Assembly: GCF_009914755.1 (NCBI RefSeq)
Contig: NC_060931.1
Reading direction: 5' to 3' (one strand)
Source: the human T2T-CHM13v2.0 reference genome, Homo sapiens
DNA length: 64,000 nt
Shown here: positions 53,601-64,000 of the stretch, piece after piece
Layout: each line of letters starts with the position of its first letter
Position numbering within the stretch: the stretch's first letter is position 1
The notes under the pieces: model-generated
What the model saw: the letters and a program-made list of their open reading frames with translations, nothing else
What the model was told of the DNA's origin: nothing
Databases searched by the model: none
Position numbers and translations under genes: made by a program

Positions 53601-56600
53601 GACACTTTAAAGCAGTGTGTAGAGGGAAATTTATAGCACTAAATGCCCACAAGAGAAAGCAGGAAAGATCTAAAATCGACACCCTAAAAATCACAATTAA
53701 AAGAACTAGAGAAGTAAGAGCAAACAAATTCAAAAGCTAACAGAAGGCAAGAAACAACTAAGATCAGAGCAGAACTGAAGGAGATAAGAGACACAAAAAC
53801 CCCTTCAAAAAATCAATAACTCCAGGAGCTGGTTTTTTTTGAAAGGGTCAACAAAATTGATAGACTGCTAGCAAGACTAATAAAGAAGAAAAGAGAGAAG
53901 AATCAAATAGATGCAATAAAAAATGATAAACGGGACATAACCACCGATCCCACAGAAATACAAACTACCATCAGCGAACACGATAAACACCTCTATGCAA
54001 ATAAACTAGAAAATCTAGAAGAAATGGATAAATTCCTGGACACACACACCCTCCCAAGACTAAACCAGGAAGAAGTTGAATCTCTGAATAGACGAATAAC
54101 AGGCTCTGAAATTGAGGCAATAATTAATAGCCTACCAACCAAAAAAAATCCAGGATTCACAACCAAATTCTACCAGAGGTACAAAGAGGAGCTGGTACCA
54201 TTCTTTCTGAAACTATTCCAATCAACAGAAAAAGAGGGAATCCTCCTTAACTCATTTTATGAGGCCAACATCATGCTGATACCAAAGCCTGGCAGAGACA
54301 CAACAAAAAAAGAGAATTTTAGACCAATATCCCTGATGAACACCGATGCGAAAATCGTCAATAAAATACCGGAAAACTGAATCCAGCAGCACATCAAAAA
54401 GCTTATCCTCCACGATCAAGTTGGCTTCATCCCTGGGATGCAAGGCTGCTTCAACATGCAAATCAATAAACGTAATCCATCACATAAACAGAACCAATGA
54501 CAAAAACCACACGATTATCTCAATAGATGCAGAAAAGGCCTTCGACAAAATTCAAAAGCCCTTTATGCTAAAAACTCTCAATAAACTAGGTATTGATGGA
54601 ACATATCTCAAAATAATCAGAGCTATTTATAACAAACCCACAGCCAATATCATGGTGAATGGGCAAAAACTGGAAGCATTCCCTTTGAAAACTGGCACAA
54701 GACAGGGATGCCCTCTCTCACCACTCCTATTCAACATAGTGTTAGAAGTTCTGGCCAGGGCAATCAGGCAAGAGAAAGAAATAAAGTGTATTCAATTAGG
54801 AAATGAGAAAGGCAAATTTTCCCTGTTTGCAGATGACATGATTGTATATTTAGAAAACCCCATCGTCTCAGCCACAAATCTCCTTAAGCTAATAAGCAAC
54901 TTCAGCAAAGTCTCAGGATACAAAATCAATGTGCAAAAATCACAAGCATTCCTATACACCATTAACAGTCAAACAGAGAGCCAAATCATGAGTGAACTCC
55001 CATTCACAATTGCAACAAAGAGAATAAAATACCTAGGAATCCAACTTACAAGAGTTATGAAGGACCTCTTCAAGGAGAACTACAAATCACTGCTCAATGA
55101 AATAAAAGAGGACACAAACAAATGGAAGAATATTCCACGCTCATGGGTAGGAAGAATCAATATCATGAAAATGGCCATACTGCCCAAGGAAATTTATAGA
55201 TTCAATGCCATCCCCATCAAGCTACAAAAGACTTTCTTCACATAATTGGAAAAAACTACTTTAAACTTCATATGGAACCAAAAAAAAGCCCACATTGCCA
55301 AGACAATCCTAAGCAAAAAGAACAAAACTGGAGGCATCACACTACCTGACTCCAAACTATACTACAAGGCTACAGTAACCAAAACAGCATGGTACTGGCA
55401 CCAAAACAGATATATAGATAACTGGAACAGAACAGAGACCTCAGAAATAACACCACACATCTACAACCACGTGATCTTTGACAAGCCTGACAAAAACAAG
55501 AAATGGGGAAGGATTCCCTATTTAATAAATGGTGCTGGGAAAACTGGCTAGCCATATGTAGAAAGCTGAAACTGGATCCCTTCCTTACACCTTATACACA
55601 AATTAATTCAAGATGGATTAAAGACTTAAATGTTAGACCTAAAACCATAAAAACCCTAGAAGAAAACCTAGGCAATACCATTTAGGAGATAGGCATGGGC
55701 AAGAACTTCATGACTAAAAACCAAAAGCAATGGCAACGAAAGCCAAAATAGACGAATGAGGTCTAATTAAACTAAAGAGCTTCTGCACAGCAAAAGAAAC
55801 TACCATCAGAGTGAACAGACAATCTACAGAATGGGAGAAAATTTTTGCTATCTACCCATCTGACAAAGGGCTAATATTCAGAATCTACAAAGAACTTAAA
55901 CAAATTTCCAAGAAAAAAACAAACAACCCCATCAAAAAGTGGGCAAAGAATATGAACAGACATTTCTCAAAAGAAGACATTTATGCAGCCAACAGACACA
56001 TGAAAAATTGCTCATCATCACTGGTCATCAGAGAAATGCAAATCAAAACCACAATGAGATACCATCTCACACCAGTTAGCATGGCAATCATTAAAAAGTC
56101 AGGAAACAACAGATGCTGGAGAGGATGTGGAGAACTAGGAACGCTTTTACACTGTTGGTGGGACTGTAAACTAGTTCAACCATTGTGGAAGACAGTGTGG
56201 CGATTCCTCAGGGATCTAGAACTAGAAATACCATTTGACCCAGCCATCCCATTACTGGGTATACACCCAAAGGATTATAAATCATGCTACTATAAAGACA
56301 TATGCACATGTATGTTTATTGTGGCACTATTCACAATAGCAAAGACTTGGAACCAACCCAAATGTCCATCAATGATAGACTGGATTAAGAAAATGTGGCC
56401 CATATACACCATGGAATACTATGCAGCCATAAAAAAGGATGAGTTCATGTCCTTTGCAAGGACATGGATGAAGCTGGAAACCATCATTCTGAGCAAACTA
56501 TCACAAGGACAGAAAACCAAACACCGCATGTTCTCACTTATAGGTGGGAATTGAACAGTGAGAACACTTGGACACATGATGGGGAACATCACACACGGGG

Positions 56601-56788
56601 GCCTGTCGTGGGGTGGGGGGCAGGGGGAGGGATAGCGTTAGGAGAAATACCTAATATAAATGATGAGTTAATGGGTGCAGCAAACCAACATGGCGCATGT
56701 ATACCTATGTAACAAACCTGCACGTTGTGCACACGTACCCTAGAACTTAAAGTATAATAAAAAAACATAATAAAAAATAAAAATAAAA
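50641..56788 (+). mobile_element. Full-length L1PA5/6-like element (dead)
   Basis: gaagatggctgaataggaacagctcc 5' end; ORF1 from 51651; ORF2 about 52.74-56.55 kb with stops and frameshifts; 3'UTR and A-rich tail. Confidence 0.96.
50901..51068 (-). CDS. L1 ORF0 homolog (55 aa, truncated)
   Basis: gcaATGG start; MADTPSPARLPPHSSISDCCASSMQGSVGVGPAKPGTGENLLVCRLLRPWEKHSI resembles L1 ORF0 (MAGAPPPASLPP..SDCCAS..SVGVGP). Confidence 0.6.
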   Translation of the reverse strand: MADTPSPARLPPHSSISDCCASSMQGSVGVGPAKPGTGENLLVCRLLRPWEKHSI

Positions 56789-56886
56789 GTGAACTTCAAC
56801 CCTTTACAAAAAGTAACTCAAAATGGATCATATACCTAAATGTAAAAGCTAAAACTATAAAATATCTAGAAGAAAACTGAAAATCT
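56789..56886 (+). mobile_element. Old L1M ORF2 fragment (host of the downstream L1MA)
   Basis: aactcaaaatggatcatatacctaaatgtaaaagctaaaactataaaatatctagaagaaaac. Confidence 0.8.
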
Positions 56887-57980
56887 GGGAGTAAGATGGC
56901 CCAATAGAAGCCTCTATCAATGGTTCACCCTAGAATACCAAACTGAAAAACTATCCATGCAAAAAAAAAAAAATCCACCTTCATAAGAACAAAAAATCAG
57001 GTGAGTAGTCACAGTACTTGGTTTTACTTCATATCACTGAAAGAGGCACTAAAGAGGCTAGGAAAGACAGTCTTTAATTGCCAGCCCCACCCCTTCTCCA
57101 CCTCAAGCTGCAGCCATGTGGCACAGAGAAAGAATAAGTGTGCTTGAGGGAGGAAGAACACAGTAATTGTGCGGCTTTGGAACTCAGTGTTGTCCTGTCA
57201 CAGCAGAAAGGAACACCAAGCAGAATTCACCTAGCACCCACAGAGGGAGGATTTAGACCAGCCCTGGCCAGAGAGTAATAGCCCATCCCAGCAGTCAAAA
57301 CTTGAATTCCAGCAAGTCCTGCCACCATGAGGTAAAATGCTCTGTTGTTCTAAATAAGCTTGAAAGGCAGTCTATGCCATAAGGACTGAAATTCCTGGGC
57401 AAGGCCTGGTGCTGTCCTGGGCTCAGAGACAGTGGACTTGTGGGGAATGTGACCTAGTGAGACATTAGCCAGGGCAGCCAAGGAAGTGTATACGGAACCC
57501 CTCTCCTACCCCAGGCAGTGCAGCTCACAGCTTCAGGAGACTCCTTCCTTCTACTTGAGAGGCAGAGGAGGAAGCGTAAAAAGGACTTTTCCTTGCAACA
57601 TGGATACCAGCTCAGTCACAGTAGGATAGGGCACCAGGCAGGGATTTGAGGCCCCATTCCAGGCCCTAGCTCCTGGATGAAATTTTTAGACACATCATTG
57701 GCCAGAAGGCAACCCACTCCCTTGAAGGGAAGGGCCTAGTCCTCGCAAGATGTATCACCTGCTGACTAAAGAGATCCTGGGCCCTGAATAATCATCAGTG
57801 GTAGCACTGATGAATAAGCACAAGGTGGTGCTCATCGTGGGCCTTGGGTAAGATTCAGAGACATACCAACTTCCCAGCTGTGGTCACTATAGGGAGAGAC
57901 TCCTTCTGCTTGAGAAAAGGAGAGGGACAAGTAAAGAGGACTTTGCCTTGCAGCCTAGGTACCAGCTCAGCCACAGTGGT

Positions 57981-58412
57981 TGATATAGTTTGGATATTTG
58001 TCCCCACCCAAATCTCATGTTGAAATGTAATCCCCAATGCTGGAGGTGGGGCCTGGTGGGAGGTGTTTGAATCATGGTTGTGGATCCTTCATGAATGGCT
58101 TCAGCCATCCCCTTGGTGGTAAGTGAGCTCTCACTCTGAGTTCACATGAGATGTGGATGGTTTAAAGTATGTGGCATCCGCCTCCCCACTTCCTGTCTCG
58201 CTTGCTCCTGCTTTTGCAATGTAACATGCCTGCTTCCCCTTTGCCTTCTGCCATGATTGGAAGCCTCCTAAAGCCTCCTCGGAAACTGAGTAGATGTGGG
58301 TACCATGCTTCCTGTAAAGCCTGCAGAACTGTGGGCTAAGTAAACCTCTTTTCTTTACAAATTACCCAGTCTCAGGTATTTCTTTATAGCAATGCAAAAA
58401 TGGCTGAATTCA
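57981..58412 (+). mobile_element. MSTA/B MaLR solo LTR
   Basis: tgatatagtttggatatttgtcccc...aattca; TSD gtggt/gtggg. Confidence 0.92.
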
Positions 58413-59848
58413 GTGGGGTTAGAGCACCAAGCAGACTCTTGGGATCCCTAATTCCAGGTCTTGGCCCTTAGAAGACATTTCTGGACCTGCCCTGGGCCAG
58501 AGGGGAGCCCACTGCCCTGAAGGGAGAGTCCCCAGCCTGGTAGCATTCACTACATGCTGATTGAAGAGCCCCTGGGCCTTGAGTGAACATCAGTGGGAGC
58601 CAAACAGTACATGCCATGGGCCTGGGGTGGTGGCGGCCACAGGGATAAACTCCTCTACTTGTGGAAAGAGGAAGAAAGAGTGGGAAGAACTTTGTCTTGT
58701 TGCATTGGTGCCAGCTCAGCCACAGTAGAATAGAGCACCAGGTAGATTCTTAAGATGTCTGACTCAAGGCTCTGGCTCCTGGACAGCATCTCTGGACTCC
58801 CCCAGGGCCAAGAAGAACTCACTACCCTGAAAAGAAGAACACAAGCCTTACTGGCTTCACCACCTGCTGATTTTAGAGCCCTAGGGCCTTGATAGAACAT
58901 AGACAGTAGCCAGGCAGTGGTTATCATGGGCCTTATGTAATATCGACTGCTGTGCTGGCCTCAGGTCTGACCCAGTGCAGTCCTAGTGGTGTGGCCACGG
59001 GGTATTTATGTCACCCCCTCCCCCAGTTCCAGGCAGCTCAGCACAGAGAGACTACATTTGTTTGGGAGAAAGTTAACGATGAAAACAAGAATCTCCCCCT
59101 GGTAATCCAGGGAATTCTTTGGGATCTTATCCAATACCACCAATGTGGTACTTCTACAAGTCTGCATGAGCCACAGCATTACTGGACTTGTGGTGCCCCC
59201 TAATGCAGATATGGCTGCAGTGACCAAAAATTTAGATGACAATACCCAAGTCCCTTCAATATCTGGAAGGATGATTACAAACAAGCCCAGATTATGAAGA
59301 CTGCAATAAATACCTAACTCTTCAATGCACAGACACCAACAAACATCCGCAAGCACCAAGACTATCCAGGGAAATATAAACTCACCAAACAAACTAAATA
59401 AGGCACCAGGGACCAATCCTGGACAGAGATACATGATCTTTCAGACAGAGGATTCAAAATAGCTGTTTTGAGGAAACTCAATGAAATTTAAGATAACATG
59501 AAGAAGGAATTCAGAATCCTCTCAGAAAAATTTGACAAAGAGATAGAAATGTTTAAAAAGAATCAAGCGAAATTCTGGAGTTGAAAATGCAATTAACATA
59601 CTGAAAAATGCATCAGAGTCCCTTAAAAGCAGAATTGATGAAGAAGAAAGAATCAGTAAGTTTAAAGACATGTTATTTGAAAATATACAGTCAGAAGAGA
59701 CAAAAGAAAAAGGATTTAAAAGAATGAAACATACCTAGGAAATCTAAAAAATAACCTCAAAAGGGCAAATCTAAGACTTCTTGGCATTAAAGAGAAGGTT
59801 TCCTAGAAGAGTGTATCCAGTGAAAATATTCTTTAAAAGTGAAGGAGA

Positions 59849-59986
59849 GGCCAAGCCTGTTGGCTTACACCTGTAATCCTAGCACTTTGGGAAGCTGAGG
59901 TGGGTGGATCACTTGAGCCCAGGAGTCCAAGACCAGCATGGGCACCATGGAGAGCTCCCATCTCTATTAAAAAAAAAAAAAAAAAA
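59849..59986 (+). mobile_element. FLAM/Alu monomer in L1 ORF1
   Basis: Monomer with long A-tail; short TSD aaggaga. Confidence 0.88.
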
Positions 59987-62056
59987 AAAGGAGAAATAAA
60001 GTCTTTCCCAGACAAACAAAAGCTGACAGATTTCATCAACAGAAGGATCAATGAAGCAAAAACTTGGTTTTTTGAAAAGATAAACAAAATCAATAAACCT
60101 TTAGCCAGACTAACAAAGAAAAACAGAGAAGACTCAAATAAATAACATCAGAGATGAAAAAGGAGACATTACAGCAAATACCATAGAAATTCAAAGGATC
60201 ATTATAGGCTACTAAAAGCCGCTATATATGTCAATAAATTGAAAAACCAATAAGCAATGGACAAATTCCTAGACTCATACAATCTACCAAGATTGAACCA
60301 TGAAGAAATCAAAAACCTGAACAGACCAATAACAAGTAATGAAATTGAAACTGTAATAAAAAGTTTCCCAGCAAAGAAAAGCCTGGGACCCAATGGCTTC
60401 ACTGCTGAATTCTACCAAACATTTAAAGAAGAACTAACATTAACTCTACTCAAACTATTTCAAAAAAACAGAGGAGGAAGGAAAGTTTCCAAACTCATTC
60501 TATGAGTATTACTCTAATACCAAAACCAGGCAAAGACAAATCAAAGAAAGAAAACTACAGGCCAATATCTTTGAGGAACATTGATGCAAAAATTCTCAAC
60601 AAAAAACTAGCAAACCAAATTCAACAACTCATTAATAAGATCATTCATCATGACCAAATGGGATTAATTTCAGGAATACATGGATGGTTCCACATATGTA
60701 AATCGATATGATACATCATATCAACAGAATGAAGGACAAAACCACATGATCATTTCAATTGATGCTGAAAAAGCATTTAACAAAATTCTGTATCTCTTCA
60801 AGATTAAGACCTCAAAAACCGTGTATAGAAGGAACACACCTCACCAAAATAAAAGGGATATATGACAGACCCACAGCTACTATCATACTGAATGGGAAAA
60901 TACTAAAAGACTTTCCTCTAAAATCTGGACAAGACAAGGATGCCCACTTTCACCATTGTTATTCAATATAGTACTGGAATTCTTCACTAGAGCAGTCAGA
61001 CAAGAGAAATCTATAAAGACACACTTCCTTTCCTTCCGAATTGGAAAGGAAGAAGTCAAATTATCCTTGTTTGCACATGATATGATACTATGTTTGGAAA
61101 AACCTAAGTTTTCCACAAGAAAACTATTAAAACTAATAAATTCAGCAAAGTTGCAGGATACAAAATCAACATACAAAAATCAATAGTGTTTATATATACC
61201 AACAGTAAACAATGTGAAAAAGAAATTTTAAAAGTAATCCCATTTACAATAGCCACACATAAAATTAAATACCTAGGAATTAATTTAATCCAAAGAAGTG
61301 AAAGATCTCATAATGAAAACTATAAAACACTGATGAGAGACATTGAAAAGGACACCAAAAATGGAAAAAGATTCCATGATCACGGATTGGAAGAATCAAT
61401 ATTGTTAAAATGTAATTACCACCCAAAGCAATCTACAGATTCAAATGCAATCCCTATAAAAATACCAATGACATTCTTCACATAAATAGAAAAAACAAAC
61501 CTAAAATTCATATGGAATAACAAAAGACCCAAAATTGCCAAAGCTATCCTAAGCAAAAAGAACAAAACTGGAGGAATCACATTACCTGACTTCAAATTAT
61601 ACTACAGAGCTATAGTAACCAAAACAGCATGGTACTAGCACAAAAATAGACACATAGACCAGTGGAATAGAACGCAGGGCCCAGAAACAAATCCACCTAC
61701 CTATAGTGAACTCATTTTTGACAAAGATCCCAAGAACATACACTGGGGAAAAGACAATCTCTTCAATAAATAGTGCTGGGAAAACTGGCTGTCCATATGC
61801 AGGAGAATGAAACTAGGCCCCTATCTCTTACCATACACAAAAATCAAACCAAAATGGATTAAAGACTTACATCTAAGACCTCAAACTGTGAAACTAATAC
61901 AATAAAACATTGGGAAAAATCTCTAAGAAACTGGTCTGGCAGAAATTTCCTGAGCAGTATCCCATAAGCATAGGCAACCAAAGCGAAAATGGGCAAATGG
62001 GATCACATCAAGTTAAAAGGCTTCTGCACAGCAGAAATATATATACATACATATAT

Positions 62057-62349
62057 TTTTGTGTTGTATTAAAAAAATCTTTGCCTAACCCAAGATCAAT
62101 AAGATTTTCTGTTTTTTATTTTTTAAATTTTTGTGGGTACATGGTAGATATATATATTTACAGAATACATGAGGGTTTTTTGGTCTTTTTTTTTTTCTTT
62201 TTGTGGAGAACAGGGTTTTGCTATATTGTCCAGGCAGGTTTAGAACTCCTGGGCTCAAGCTGTCCTCCTGCCTCTGCCTCCCTAAGTGCTGGGATTACAG
62301 ACGTGAGCCATCGTGCCTGACTACATGAGATATTTTGAAACAGGCATGA
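62057..62349 (-). mobile_element. Inverted block: L1MA 3' end, TSD and host L1M, with a nested FLAM (62174-62322)
   Basis: ttttttaaatttttgtgggtacat is an L1MA terminus; FLAM TSD tacatgag. Confidence 0.8.
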
Positions 62350-62359
62350 CTGTTCATAG

Positions 62360-62797
62360 GATATATAGTCATAATAGCCCAAAACTGGAAACAACCCAAA
62401 CATAGGTATTCATCAACTGATGAATGGATAGACAAATTGTGGTATATTCATAGAATGCAATACTACTCTGCAATAAAAAGGAACAAACTACTGATACAGG
62501 AATGAACTTAAAAAGCATTAGGCTAAGTGAAAGAAGCCAGACACAAAATATTTCATTTCTATGAAATCCTAGAAATAACAAAACTATAATGATAGAAAGC
62601 AGATTGGTTATTACCATAGGCCACGCTGTAGAGTATTGGTGGACATGTGTGGGAACTTTTGGAATGATATAAGTATTCTATATCTTGATTGGAGAGGCTG
62701 TTATATGGTTGCACACATTTTCAAAACTCATTGAATTGTCCACATCAAATAGGTGGATTTTATTGTATGTAAATTATACCTCAATAAAGCTGATTGA
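62360..62797 (+). mobile_element. Old L1M(C/D/E) 3' end
   Basis: cataatagcccaaaactggaaacaacccaaa...aaattatacctcaataaagctg. Confidence 0.85.
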
Positions 62798-63499
62798 AAA
62801 TCCTCTAGATAATAATACTTCCTTTTCTATTTTTTTAAATAGCAGATGAAAGAAATATTCTGATGCGAATATTTTGATGTGGATGGGGAATTGGTTTATA
62901 AAGATGGGAGATGACAGGGTAAATACTGAGTACAACTTTCCCTGGGTGGAGATGTGTCAAGAACAACATTTCTTCCCCTAGAGATTAGTGCTCAAATTGA
63001 TCTTATTTGATGCTAATATAAAGAAACGTGACTGTGTAGAAAGCAGAGTTTGTAGATAAGCTTTAAACTTCCTTCACTAGTGTATGTCAAGTGGATGAAG
63101 ATGAATTGCTGGATGATTTCATACTGAGTGCATAAAGATAGGTAATGCATTTTAGGAAAAGCCATTTAAGCCTACATTAATACTATCATAAGGGCTCAAG
63201 TTATTTTATTGGAATACGTTAAACCGTTTCCTGAAAATAATAACTGTTGTAGACATGATATGGTATTCTGGTTAAAAAGGAATTTGTTATCTTTTAGAGG
63301 TAAATACTGAAGTATTTATAAATGAAGTTATAGGATATCTGGGGTTTGCTTTAAAATAATTCAGTGGGGTTGTGGGGAGAAGTTAGGGGTGGGAGTGGCT
63401 AGGAACATGGATGCAATAAGATTAGATATGTACTGATAATTGTCAAAGCTGAGTGATGGGCACAGGATGTTTACTTTTCTATTTTCTTTATTTTGTGTA

Positions 63500-63890
63500 T
63501 GCTATGGTTTGAATATTTATCCCCTCCAAAACTCATGTTGAAACAATCCCCAATGTGGCAGTATTGAGAAGCAGGGCTATTGAAAGGTAATGGAATTGAT
63601 GGACTAATGGGTTAATGGATCAATGGGTTATCATGGAAGAGGAACTGGTGACTTTATAAGAAGAGAGACCTGAGCTAGCACGTTAGCATGCTCAACCTCC
63701 TTGCCATGTGATAACCTGTGCAGCCTCCAGACTCTAGAAAGTCCCAGTTAACAAGAAGGCCCTCACCAGATGTGGCTCCCCTGACCTTGGATTTCTCAGT
63801 CTCCATAATTGTAAGAAATAAATTCCTTTCTTATATAAATTACTCACTTTCAGATATTCTGTTATAAGCAGCAGAAAATGGACTAAGACA
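63500..63890 (+). mobile_element. MSTB/C/D MaLR solo LTR inside an L1ME 3' end
   Basis: tgctatggtttgaat...ggactaagaca; TSD gtgta/gtata. Confidence 0.88.
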
Positions 63891-64000
63891 GTATATGTTT
63901 GAACATTTCCAAAATAATAGGTTGACTTTGTTTGTTTTTTAGTTTTCTAGGAAAAAAAAATCTGTCTTCACTTAGATGAGCTTGGCCTGGAGTCACCCTG

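Larger units (their letters stand above)
56887..62038 (+). mobile_element. L1MA1-3/L1M1-2-like element with monomeric 5'UTR and internal deletions
   Basis: gggagtaagatggcccaatagaagcc 5' end; three repeat units of about 300 bp at 57.54-58.93 kb; ORF1 and ORF2 fragments. Confidence 0.85.

Noticed and set aside
50641-56788. Active L1 or domesticated reverse transcriptase (299, 247 and 191 aa ORFs; likewise 267 and 268 aa at 24-25.6 kb)
   Set aside because: ORF1 and ORF2 are broken by multiple stops and frameshifts, as expected for neutral decay.

Overview
This is primate (human-like, catarrhine) AT-rich genomic DNA, not microbial DNA. Roughly two thirds of it is recognisable transposable-element sequence: several L1s, Alu/FLAM, a solo LTR12, MaLR LTRs, MIR/L2 and hAT MERs. 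Subfamily calls come from recalled consensus features and are approximate. There is no intact single-exon gene, and almost every ORF in the supplied track is L1, Alu, LTR or simple-repeat derived. The notable signals are: (1) a chain of canonical minus-strand exon candidates from 44.4 kb to 2.8 kb that splice in phase into about 250 codons with only 4 internal stops, including 132 stop-free codons over five exons, suggesting a decayed multi-exon gene or lncRNA that I cannot name; (2) an L1PA7 lacking its own 3' end whose apparent target-site duplication (TSD) encloses about 730 bp of extra DNA, a possible 3' transduction; (3) a solo LTR12 inserted in that L1's 5'UTR; (4) a TSD-less L1PA5/6 fused into an L1PA15/16, implying a deletion; (5) a deletion-inversion-deletion rearrangement revealed by an inverted TSD at 56.9/62.1 kb. 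I found no convincing wholly new biological system; the exon chain is the best lead.
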